A stretch of 62,901 bases of DNA, the filler included, from Neoconidiobolus thromboides FSU 785 (taxonomy: Eukaryota > Fungi > Entomophthoromycota): the NCBI GenBank assembly GCA_025603075.1. It is 6 parts of 6 records of this genome, joined end to end, with 100 filler letters (N's around TTAATTAATTAA, not from the genome) between each part and the next. Parts side by side here need not be neighbours in the genome. Positions count along the whole stretch, not along the records: positions 1 to 26,654 come from MU626505.1; 5 more parts are not named here. The stretch is one strand, 5' to 3'. Both the position numbers and the translations under genes were made by a program. This document shows positions 1-12,118 of the stretch, piece by piece. Position 1 is the stretch's first letter. Each line of letters starts with the position of its first letter. A model generated the notes under the pieces. It saw nothing but the letters and a program-made list of their open reading frames with translations, was not told the DNA's origin and ran no database searches.

Positions 1-1402
1 AAAACAAAAATACAAAAAGAATAATATAAATACAAAGCACTAAGAATTATTTACATTTTATTAAATATAACAATAAGCTACATTGTTATTCAGTATCTGA
101 TACATCAAAAAAGAGCGATATAGTTCCAATTAGAGTTATAGAGTCTATAGAAAATAGAAAAATTAAAAGATCAATCCCAGCTTACCTTACGAAAATAACA
201 GAGAATTTAAAAAGCTCAATATTTAATAAGCAAGTAAGTAGTTTGTTAAATGATAGAAGTAGATCATCAAATGTTAAGATTACTAATTTATTAATAGTTA
301 AGTTAATAAATAGTCAAAGAACAAGTAATTACAATAATATGTAAAAACTAATATTACTTGTACTATATAGGGATAGTTAATTATAATTTTGGGTCTAACC
401 ACTCCCTCCCATGCAGCTATTTATTAACTTAGCAATATATTAATAATGTAATTATAGCATTAAAATAGTTTACTTATTTGATAACAAATCTGCAATGTTG
501 GTTATAAAACAGTCGATAATAAGCGTTTCTCAATAAAATCTTATAAGAATATGTATTTAAGATCTAGTAGAAACCCAATTAGCTTACAGTATAAACTATA
601 ATAGAATGATTTAGAACTGTGTCCGGGTACTTTTGTTTTAATAAAAAATTGGATAAAATAATGAAACTAATTCAGACAACTCCCTATCTTAATATTTTTG
701 TTCACTTTGAAATTAGAAATTATCACAGAGAAAATCCCAGAACCTAACCAAGGAAGTTTCTGGCTAGCCTTCAATTTTAATAGAGCATGATTCACCAGAC
801 AACCAAGTAATAGAGTTATAGAATACGACTAAACCTATAGTACTCATAGCAACAATCCAGATGTTAGCCCACTCGAACTGAGATCTGTTAGGTTTGTAAG
901 CAGAGGCAATGGTGTAGTACAATGTTTTAGTAATAAATTAATATGTTAACATAAAGTGTTAGTACAAAGGTAAATTGAGAAAGTGTATTGAAAAATAAGT
1001 AAATTGATGCGGAATAGTTAAAATATAATAATGTATTTGTTTAAAATATAGATATAGTAATAAGGTGTTGAGAATTGAACGAGGATTAAGGGGAAAGAAA
1101 TTAACAATACTTATACTGATTTTTGTATTATTAGGATCAAGATCAAAAGAAACCAAAGGATGGTTGAACAAAGACAATCAAACTAGGATGATGAGAAAGA
1201 AGCTAAATAAAATGAAGCTAATTAAATTTGATATCTAATATATTGATTAGAATAATTTATAAACATCGATTTCTGATGAGCTTTGATTAAAATAAAGTTT
1301 GTATTGTATCCCTTGATCTTTAATTTAGTTTTGATTTATATAATTTTAAATCTCTTGTTTTAAAATTTATGAGTAATTTGGATAGAGTAAGTTGAATAAC
1401 AC

Positions 1403-1500
1403 AAAGATGTTTTTGGCTTCATTACTTTCCGTCTTTTAAGCACTATTTGAGCGGAAAATTTATTGGTAAAATTCTTAAATACAAAAATACACCCCCATAT
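1403..1500 (-). mobile_element. ~100-bp MITE family copy a (left end degenerate)
   Basis: GATGTTTTTGGCTTCATTAC...AAGCACTATTTGAGCGGAAAA...AAAAATACACCCCC+ATAT, reverse orientation of the family consensus. Confidence 0.8.
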
Positions 1501-1723
1501 ATTGAATAAAATTGGCTATAATAGAATAAAATACTAATAGTTTAAATTTAGGAATAGACTTTCAATAGTAATAATAATTTACATATAATAATTGCTATGT
1601 AAAATGATTATCAATTGGTAATAACTTTAATATTAAAAATTTGGTCATCGATGAGAATATTGAATTTATTACCTAACTTCATAGAAAAATACTATTAGTG
1701 CTAAAAATAGGATCAAATCTTCA

Positions 1724-1796
1724 TGAAGCGTACGGGACTCGAACCCGCAATCTTTAGGTCCGAAGTCTAAAGCCTTATCCATTAGGCCAACGCTCC
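1724..1796 (-). tRNA. tRNA-Arg (anticodon TCG)
   Basis: Reverse complement folds as a 73-nt cloverleaf: acceptor GGAGCGT/ACGCTTC, D stem GCCT/AGGC, anticodon loop CT-TCG-GA, T arm GCGGG-TTCGAGT-CCCGT. Confidence 0.93.
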
Positions 1797-2769
1797 AATT
1801 ATTAGTAATGTATAATGTTGAAATATATTTAAACTATTTGTTAGTAAAGAACTTTCTAAATGAGTTGAATTGTTTTATTGACGTAACTTAGTTTGTTTCT
1901 AAAAAATAATGGATTATAAGGAAGATCAAGCATTCTAAGAAAAAAGAAAGTATTTGTGAAGTTAAGCTATTTTAATACTTAAGGAGTTTTATTTTATAGA
2001 ATTATAAATTCAATCAAGTTGTATAATGACAATAGCTTTGAACCATAGCTAAAAAAGTGATGAAATTTAAGCTGGATAAATCAGAATATTGAGTATGAAT
2101 ATCAAATCAATTAATTCACTTATTTAATTTGGACAATTTGACGTTTTAGTAGGGATTTTATTGTTTCTATAATTGAATTGTTAATGACTAATTCGTCAAG
2201 TGTTATGTGGGATAAAGTGATTAATAGTTTAACTCAAATTATCATGATTAATATTTTTAATATATAAAAATTATTATAATTGAATAATCTTTATTTTTAT
2301 TACAACTCTCCTTTATAAATACCTTCCACATCTCTTGAAGTAGCTATTTTTATTAATACAGTGACAATAGAAACTCAAATCTTGATTTTTATAGTAATTT
2401 CCTAAATTATTTTGTTAATTCTTTAAAATGCAAAAATAGATGCTTTTATCACTTAAATAATCCTTTTACGCTTTTCTAATTTCTTAATCAGCTGATGTTA
2501 AATTTGTATTCTTTTTAATTCCAGTTTTCAAATGTGACTAGTTGAATTTAAGCTAGAGCAAATCATCATTGATATTGACTATCACCCGACTAAAAAACAA
2601 TTAAAACCTTTTTAAAAAGCATTATATATTAATATACTTTTTATTTAATTTTTGAGTTCATTTGATTTCAATCTCTCTCTTTTTTTACATTTAATTTATT
2701 GACTTATAATTCATTTTTCTTTTATAAAAATATTCACTCATCCTTTCAAAGTAATAACAAAATATAATA

Positions 2770-3438
2770 ATGGATTTTGGTATTGAAGTAGAAGCCGATT
2801 TACGTCAACATACAAAACATCCGCCAGTAATAAATGACCAAGTCACTGTTCAACCATCCGATTTTGAACTGGAGCCTAGTCTTATTGATAACAGTTTATT
2901 AGATCGAATGACCGAGGACTCTATTGAAGCATCTAAAGTACATCATACATATAAATTATATACCAACTATGTAGGTCGATTATTAACCTATCATTTAAAA
3001 GATATTCATAAAAAACCTATTTATCAAATTAATTTTGATTACGATGGAGCTATGATAGAAGAAGTTAGTAACCAACAACTATTAGGTCAAATTCAATCCA
3101 ACTTCAACCAGAGTTATGAAGTAGGGTTATTTATTAATAATTGTTATAATCAAATTCATATTGTTAAAAATCATATTAATGAATATAAATTAAGTTTAAA
3201 AAATCAAAATTATAAAGAAGACACTTTTATTTGGCTTTGTTTACCTCGTGGCAAATGGAAATTAACAGAGGAAAGTGGGAAAAAAGAAACAATAGCTATA
3301 TTTCAACCACCAGGTAAAAAAGCCATGAAATTAGGAGTATTAAGTTTTCAAAAAGAATTGAATTTTGTATTGAATTTGATTTGCTGTTTTTCATTTTCTT
3401 TTATTTTACATCATCATCATTATAAAAATCAATTATAA
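2770..3438 (+). CDS. Hypothetical protein, 222 aa, intronless
   Basis: Long ATG-initiated ORF with protein-like composition and a hydrophobic C-terminal helix; no family recognised with confidence. Confidence 0.65.
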   Translation: MDFGIEVEADLRQHTKHPPVINDQVTVQPSDFELEPSLIDNSLLDRMTEDSIEASKVHHTYKLYTNYVGRLLTYHLKDIHKKPIYQINFDYDGAMIEEVSNQQLLGQIQSNFNQSYEVGLFINNCYNQIHIVKNHINEYKLSLKNQNYKEDTFIWLCLPRGKWKLTEESGKKETIAIFQPPGKKAMKLGVLSFQKELNFVLNLICCFSFSFILHHHHYKNQL

Positions 3439-6400
3439 AAAGAATGAATTCTTTTCTTCTAAGTTATATTTACTCATTTCTTTTTTAATATTATTAAATA
3501 ATTGTATTTCCTTTATTGTCATGTTTCTTTTTTCACTTTCTAATTGTTGATTGATTTCAAAATACTCAATTATTGTTTGTTTCATTAAGTTATATAATAA
3601 AGGTATTTCTGGAGTTACTGGTAAATAAAAGAATAATTTAGTTACTAAATCAATTACTTCATATTCCATATAAATACTTAATTCTTTGTTATTAATATTA
3701 AGTTGATTAATTATATTTGTAGGCATTTTTGGTATTAATTTTTGTAATATTAATATTTGAAAATCTACTGTAAATAAATCATTAATAGTTAAACAATGTA
3801 TTAATATATATAAATAATTTAAATTAAAAAAACATTCATCTAAATAAATTGGTATTGTATCTTGTAATAATTGATATCTTAAATTTAATATTTTTTCTTT
3901 TTCTTCATTATATCTATGTTGTTGTTGATTATTATTATTATTATTTAAATATGGTTGAATAATAATTAATATTTTATTTAATATTAAATTCAATTCTTCA
4001 TTTAATCCAAAATGTTGCGGTAAATAAATTAATTTTAAGAAATGAAATTGATTTAATTTGGCATCATAACATACTAATTGATTATCTTTAAAGTTTAAAT
4101 AATAATATTCAATTAAATAGAATAATAATAAAACATCTTCATTTTCAAATGTCTTTTTCTTCTCTATTTGAACTGGCCAATATTCTGTTAATGGTTTTAA
4201 TAGCCATAGTACATTGAAGTCGTTATCTTTATTATTAAAGTTCAATAACATTGTTGAATTTATATCTTTTAACCAATAGTTCGTCAATTTATTTAAAAAT
4301 CTTTCTATTTTCTCTTCTTTTTGCTGTGTATTATTAATCAATCGTTGTTTAAATAACTTATTACAATATTTCATTGCTAATCTATTACATTCTATATCTT
4401 TTGAATATTGAATTAATAATGTTGCATAAACTAAGTTCTTATTTTCATATTTGTTATTATTTAATAATATTAACTTTAATAATATATGTTGCAAACTAGT
4501 AAATAAATAAAAGCAATCGTAATTATTATTGAATTGATTTAATAAATTTATAACAAATTTATAAATTTCTTCAACATAGTCTTCTTTTAGATCAAATGAA
4601 AGATAAGCTCTAATAACTAAGAATAATGAATTGAGTTGTTGAAATTGATTGTTAAATTGATTTAAATTATTGATTCCAATAGCTGGAAACAAACGTATAA
4701 ATTTCATATTATCTCTTTTCATTAATAAGAATATATTTTCAATTGAAGTATTACAATCTAATAATTTCATTATTTTTTCAAATCCTAATTTGTCTTCTAC
4801 TTGTTGATAGAACATTGAAACATCTTTATTATTGAATAATTGATGTTGATTAACTAATTGAAATTGACTACTTAAAAAATCAAGGATAGCTGCTAACAAT
4901 CTGAAATCTTGAACATTCTTTATATTTTTTAATGTTTGATAGAATAATTCTCTAAAAAAAGAATAAATTAAACTTAATTCTGATTTATCTAATTGAATCA
5001 AATGTTGAACTGTATAACAATGTAAATAGTTATAAAAGGATATTAAAACTCTATTATCATTGCTACTGTTTTCCTTATTGTTATTATTTAATTGTTTCAC
5101 TAATTTCATATAAACTTCATTAAATAATTCTTTAATTTTCAACCAATAAATGTTATAATATAATAATTGTTTTGCTAACTTAAATATTTCTTCATTAATG
5201 TCATTCTTTAATTGTGTCCATTCATTACCCTCCACTTCAATTAATAAATACTTTATCAAAGGCTGTAATCTCATTTCCAATTTTATAGCAATTTGAGGAT
5301 CTGATTGACATAATAATCTTATTAATTTAATATATAATTTAATCCCACAATATCTTTGATATTCTTTAATCTCCTTGTTTGAAGGTGGCCATTTCATCTC
5401 CACAATAATATGTTGATTTAATGTGTCAATAAACCCTTGCATATTTACCATTAATTGTCCAAATTCATTAGAATAACTTACAAATAATATTAATAATTCT
5501 AATAGTTGATTTCTAACTTTGATTTCCATTCCTTTATTTCTTTGAATTAATTTATAAATTTCATTTAAAATGCCATGCCATATAAGTGAATTTACTGTAT
5601 CATAAGTTTCCAGCCTGAGCATCTCAGTGTCTTTTTCTTCATCAATTAGAATTTCACTTAAATCAAATTTAAATAATTCACTATAATTAATTCCAATACA
5701 ATTTTCTAAAAATTCATGTTGATTACTAATACCTATTAACCAAGTATGTAATAAATCAATTGTATGATAAATTAAAGTTAAGTTTCTTCCTTTTAAATTT
5801 AAAAGTAGTCCATAACCCAATCTATTCTTTACAAAATATTCTAATATGTTTTCCTTATCTTCCTCTAGCTCTATCTGTCTCTCTATTATATTCCATAATA
5901 TTTTTTTAATTATAGAAATACTTAATGTTTTTTGATAAATATAACTGGAATTTAAATACATCATTAATTCTTCTAATGAATATCCCGCCAATTCCGGTGA
6001 TTTACCATGGTGATGGAGACCATGATGAGTAGGTATATCTTGTTTAGAATTTACTATATCACCTTGAAAATTAAATCTTAATCTTAATAACTGATTTTGT
6101 TTTTCCTTTGGCTTGTCATTATTATCTGAGTCTGGTATTTCATCCATCCATTTTAATTTATCTTGTTCTATTGAGATATTTTTTTCTATTGCTTCTAAAT
6201 GTGGATTTTCCATTTTTTCTTTTTCTTTCTGAGTTAATTGAAACATCACTTTCTTCTCCATTTTCTTTTCTACTTTTTCTTTACTTTCTCCTTCATTTTC
6301 TATCTCCTTAACTGAACCACCGCTAGCATTTGCTTCCTCTTGTTCCTTTATAATTCCTTTATCCTTTGTTAATACTTCAATCAATTTCGGATCTAAACTT

Positions 6401-7050
6401 AAAAGCAATTCTTGTCTTAATCTTATTATTTCTTTTTCACTCATCTCTTCCAATTTCTTTTCATTCTCCTTGCTAATTTCATCCATAATATCTTCACTAT
6501 CAGCAATACTTCCCAACTTGAAATCTTTTTTTTGAATCTCGTCTTTTTTCTTAATTTCTTCTATCTCATTCCTCTCTTTATGTTGCAATATCCTTGGAAA
6601 TCCACTAGTATTGATATTCTTCTTTAATATGGATCCTTTTTTCGTAAACTCTATTACTTTAGGCTGAGTTATTTCTCTTTCTTTAACCCCTTTTAATACT
6701 AAACCATCGGTAGATAATGGAGCTCCTTTACTGTCCTCCCCTTTTTTCTCACCGTTTCTCTCCAGCTCTCGACGTAAAGCAAATAAAGATTTTGTTTTTT
6801 TCTTACTTGTTTTATTTTCTTTATCACATTCTATATGACCAAATTGTACTTGATCTCGAGATAATACATCGCCTATAGAAATTCGGATGGGTTCTTTAGA
6901 AGTTTCTGATTTTTGTTCTGGTTTATCTTCCTTTTCTGATTTTTTCAATTGAACTGAGTTTTCTTTATCTCCTTTTAAAAATGCTTCTTGCTGGGTTAAT
7001 AAATCTTCTTCACTAAGTTCAAATTGGCTAGGTAAATGATATGGATTCAT
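3433..7050 (-). CDS. RBA50: RNA polymerase II-associated protein RPAP1/Rba50
   Basis: 1205-aa intronless ORF with an RPAP1_N-like segment (EISKENEKKLEEMSEKEI...LDPKLIEVL) and the RPAP1_C motif LRFNFQG...GLHHHGKSPELAGYSLEEL. Confidence 0.9.
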   Translation of the reverse strand: MNPYHLPSQFELSEEDLLTQQEAFLKGDKENSVQLKKSEKEDKPEQKSETSKEPIRISIGDVLSRDQVQFGHIECDKENKTSKKKTKSLFALRRELERNGEKKGEDSKGAPLSTDGLVLKGVKEREITQPKVIEFTKKGSILKKNINTSGFPRILQHKERNEIEEIKKKDEIQKKDFKLGSIADSEDIMDEISKENEKKLEEMSEKEIIRLRQELLLSLDPKLIEVLTKDKGIIKEQEEANASGGSVKEIENEGESKEKVEKKMEKKVMFQLTQKEKEKMENPHLEAIEKNISIEQDKLKWMDEIPDSDNNDKPKEKQNQLLRLRFNFQGDIVNSKQDIPTHHGLHHHGKSPELAGYSLEELMMYLNSSYIYQKTLSISIIKKILWNIIERQIELEEDKENILEYFVKNRLGYGLLLNLKGRNLTLIYHTIDLLHTWLIGISNQHEFLENCIGINYSELFKFDLSEILIDEEKDTEMLRLETYDTVNSLIWHGILNEIYKLIQRNKGMEIKVRNQLLELLILFVSYSNEFGQLMVNMQGFIDTLNQHIIVEMKWPPSNKEIKEYQRYCGIKLYIKLIRLLCQSDPQIAIKLEMRLQPLIKYLLIEVEGNEWTQLKNDINEEIFKLAKQLLYYNIYWLKIKELFNEVYMKLVKQLNNNNKENSSNDNRVLISFYNYLHCYTVQHLIQLDKSELSLIYSFFRELFYQTLKNIKNVQDFRLLAAILDFLSSQFQLVNQHQLFNNKDVSMFYQQVEDKLGFEKIMKLLDCNTSIENIFLLMKRDNMKFIRLFPAIGINNLNQFNNQFQQLNSLFLVIRAYLSFDLKEDYVEEIYKFVINLLNQFNNNYDCFYLFTSLQHILLKLILLNNNKYENKNLVYATLLIQYSKDIECNRLAMKYCNKLFKQRLINNTQQKEEKIERFLNKLTNYWLKDINSTMLLNFNNKDNDFNVLWLLKPLTEYWPVQIEKKKTFENEDVLLLFYLIEYYYLNFKDNQLVCYDAKLNQFHFLKLIYLPQHFGLNEELNLILNKILIIIQPYLNNNNNNQQQHRYNEEKEKILNLRYQLLQDTIPIYLDECFFNLNYLYILIHCLTINDLFTVDFQILILQKLIPKMPTNIINQLNINNKELSIYMEYEVIDLVTKLFFYLPVTPEIPLLYNLMKQTIIEYFEINQQLESEKRNMTIKEIQLFNNIKKEMSKYNLEEKNSFFL

Positions 7051-7847
7051 TATCAGTTGATTATTAATCTATACGAAATAAGATTTTTTTTTGAATTTCG
7101 AAAATTAAGCTTAAAGCTTAACTACTTTTTAGAGCCAATAAGCTAAAAGTGAATTTTTTAATATTACTTAATTGAAATCAGTGGGATTTGTACTACATAA
7201 ATTGAAGGTGTAATAAGTTAACTGTAGTTTTTTAATCACGATTTGTCAATTTTGCTCTTACATTTATTTTACAGCAACCTTAAATTAAAAAAGATAAGTC
7301 CACATTGAAATTACTTTAGCAATGCTATTTTAAGATGTTAATTTTTCTGAATGAGAAAAGTATAGTGTAAGCATTTGGCTAACAAACTAATGAATAAAAA
7401 ATAAAATAGTAATAAAATTGAAGTTTTATTACATTCTAATTTTTAAACTTATATTTTAGAATTGATCGTTAGTTATTACTAATCTTCCTTACTGTTATCA
7501 ATTAGTCTTCTTTTTACCAGCTGTTAAGCTTATCATCTCCGCCTACTTTTTCTGATAGAGGACTAAAAACAATAATTTTAATTGGTGTAAATCAATAATA
7601 GCCAATTAAAATCTAAGAAAATAAACTAAGTAATCTAATAAAATTAGCCCCTTTTTAATGAAAATAAAATTGATAAATTTATTAAAAAAAGAATATTTTG
7701 TTTTTATAACTATATAAGATATTGAAGTTTTTGCACGAAGATTAATCAAGTTTGAAGCTTCGAATTTAATAGATAGAAAGTAGAGGATAAATAAGATAAA
7801 ACGAAAAAAAATCCATTTATAAAAATATAGCAACCATTACAACCAAC

Positions 7848-9744
7848 ATGCAACCAAGTAAAGGCAAATATATAACGGAAGGTAAAAATTAAAACAAATT
7901 TAACATCTTAAGCTGCAATGAATTATTAATATTGTTTTATTAAAAAAATACAGTGGCTATCTTCTTAGTTTCTCAAGTCATTTTTTATTATGGAATAAAA
8001 TACGTAATGGCTAGTTTAGATCCTTCGAATGAAAAGAAAAAGTTAGCCAAATCAAAAGCTGAAAAATTATTAGATAAATATGGGGTAAGTAAATGAAGTA
8101 TTTGTTTATTTTGATATTATATTACTTTTTTTAAAAAAAGAAAAAGAGAGAATAGAGGATAGAGAACAGGAGAAAAAGGTTAATTAAGTATTTGGTTGCT
8201 AATTTTTTATAATAGAGAAAAGATTTAGAATTGACTGATTATGAACAAATCATAGCCACCGAATTAGTGCATTCAGATGAAATTCCAGTGAATTTTAAAG
8301 GTAAAATAATATTTTTTTTACAGAATCAATCAAAAACAAACTAATTTTATTTCCATTTTTTAGATATTGGAGGTAAAATTAATGTTATAGCTAATTAACA
8401 GCAATATAAATAGTGAAAGTAATAACATTCTAAATCATAATTTTAGGTTTGGATTCTATTGTTACTGAATTAAAAGAAACGGTTATTTATCCCTTAAAAT
8501 TTCCAAAGTTATTCAGTGATACTAATGGACTTGTTACACCACCAAAAGGGGTATTATTATATGGACCTCCTGGTAAGTTTTTTATCTTTAAAATGGAGAG
8601 GAGTATATGAATTGCTTAAAAATCTATATTTAACACAATTGAATTAAGGCTGTGGAAAAACAATGTTAGCTAAATGTTTAGCTAAAGAATCAGGGGCAGC
8701 TTTTATCAATATGAGAGTATCTACATTAACGGATAAATGGGTAAATTTATTGCTTTATTTAATAATTATTAATAATTTATCTTTTTTTAAAATTTTATAA
8801 AGTATGGGGAATCAAATAAATTAGTTTCTGCTTTATTTTCTTTAGCTCATAAGATGCAACCATGTATTGTATTCATTGATGAAATTGATTCCTTTTTAAG
8901 AGAAAGGAGGTCCAATGATCATGAAGTGACGGGTACTATGAAAGCGGAGTTTATGACGTAAGTAGATGAATGAGATTGTTAAATTCTTTTTTTAATTATA
9001 TACTATTTCTTAATTAGTTTATGGGATGGTCTTACTTCGGGTGAAAACAATCGAATCATTGTAAGCTGAATTAAAGTTTTGATTATAGTTGGGTAATAAA
9101 ACCCTTTTTTAGGTACTTGGTGCTACTAATCGACCTTTTGATATTGGTAAATAACTATGTCGATATTTAATATATAAGGGATTATAATTAATTAATTTGT
9201 AACTACCAGATCAAGCTATTTTAAGACGTATGCCAAAAAGATTTAATATATCACCACCCACAGAAGCTCAGCGACTTCAAATTTTGAAATTAGTAAATTA
9301 ATTATAATTTATTTCTATCTCAATAACAGTTACTAATATTTTTATAGTTTTTAAAAGATTCCATTTTAGAACCTGATTTTGATTTTAATGCATTAGCACA
9401 ATTAACATTTGGACAAACAGGTAAATTGATTAAGTCCTATTTAACCCACTCAATCCTAATTCCCCTCTCTTCTGTTAGGTAGCGATTTAAAAGAATTGTG
9501 TCGAGAAACTTCTATGTTACCTATTCGTGAATGTATGCGACAAATGAATTTTGAACATAATGAAAATAACGATATGGATGAAATGCAATTAAAACCGAGA
9601 GAATTAAGATTAACTGATTTTATTGAAACTTCTATTCGTATGGGTCATGTTCCAGTTACTGAAGGTTATAATGAAAATTTGGTAAATCAAGAGAAAATCA
9701 AAAATGAAAAATTACCAGATATTGAACATGAACCTCAAGATTAG
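7848..9744 (+). CDS. MSP1: Membrane AAA+ ATPase Msp1/ATAD1 (multi-exon)
   Basis: Manual splicing gives [35 protein letters not shown] (N-terminal TM), DIGGLD, Walker A GPPGCGKT, Walker B IVFIDEID and GATNRP; last exon is ORF 9496-9744. Confidence 0.92.
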
Positions 9745-9948
9745 ACAGGATATATATGAGTTTGTTTTATTAAAAGAATATAGTAAAAAATTTATTATTT
9801 TTATTTGTAATAAAATATGAAAATTATTGTAAAAATAGAAAATCAGAAATAGATGGATGTGTTTAAATTTAAATTATAAAATAAAAAAATGATTTTTAGT
9901 CTGTTTTTATTAAACGAAATCGAACTCATTTAAAAAGTAAAGTTAAAT

Positions 9949-11212
<1,264 letters not shown>

Positions 11213-11377
11213 GGTAGTTGTAAATAATCTCAAGGAGTTAAAAGAGAATTGTTTAGTGGATAATATGAATTGAGAAGTTTTTAAAAGAGAAAACATTAAA
11301 TGGATTTGCTTTTTATAATCGTCGATTTTGCTCAATTTATTGTGTTCTATAGTGATAGATCGAAAAATTCAATTTTC

Positions 11378-11387
11378 AACCAATCAG
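11378..11387 (+). promoter_or_regulatory. Candidate CCAAT (HAP/NF-Y) box upstream of TRR1
   Basis: AACCAATCAG matches the RRCCAATSA consensus ~165 bp upstream of the TRR1 ATG; could be chance. Confidence 0.3.
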
Positions 11388-11671
11388 ATAAGAAAAAAGA
11401 TTAGGCTATGTTGGACAATTACATCATAAAATTTTGGTTAGTAATCCAAAATTCTTATTATTAAGGTAGATTTATTTAGCCTATTCATATTGAATTGGGA
11501 ATTATAGCCGGAATTTAGATGGAGCGTTTTATGATGAATATGGTTCATTAAATTAGGGATTCCATTTTATTAATCTAGATTCTTTAAATTAAATATTGTG
11601 TTTATTAATTATTGATTATTTCTAATTAATTAAACTATTAACTTAATGAGTATTATCAATATTAACTTATT

Positions 11672-11710
11672 GTTTAGTTTAGTTTAGTTTAGTTTAGTTT
11701 AGTTTAGTTT
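11672..11710. repeat. (GTTTA)n microsatellite, ~7.8 copies
   Basis: Direct reading. Confidence 0.95.
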
Positions 11711-11845
11711 TCTTATTATTATAAACTTAGTGCCATACTAATTTCTAGTTTTTTTTATTAATTTTACTAATTTAATTAATAAGCTATTCTTTATAAAATT
11801 CATTATGTAATAAAATGTAAGAAAGGAAATATTATTGAATTTAAT

Positions 11846-11951
11846 ATATAAGGATGTTTTTTTGATTTCATTACTTTTTCCATTTTTTAAGCTCTATTTG
11901 AGCGGAAAAATTGTTAGCAAAATCCTTAAACACAAAAATACATCCCCATAT
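11846..11951 (-). mobile_element. MITE copy b
   Basis: ATAT-AAGGATGTTTTT...AAAAATACATCCCC-ATAT. Confidence 0.88.
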
Positions 11952-12118
11952 TTTAATTTTCCTAGTAGTTGTATTGGACTAAATTCCATCAATTAATTAT
12001 ACTTGAATTATCATTATTTGCATTTTCATTAATTAATTTGTAATTTTAAACTCAAAATAATGATAAATAATAAATAATAAATAATAGATAAGCTTTAATT
12101 TGACAACGTTATATTTAT

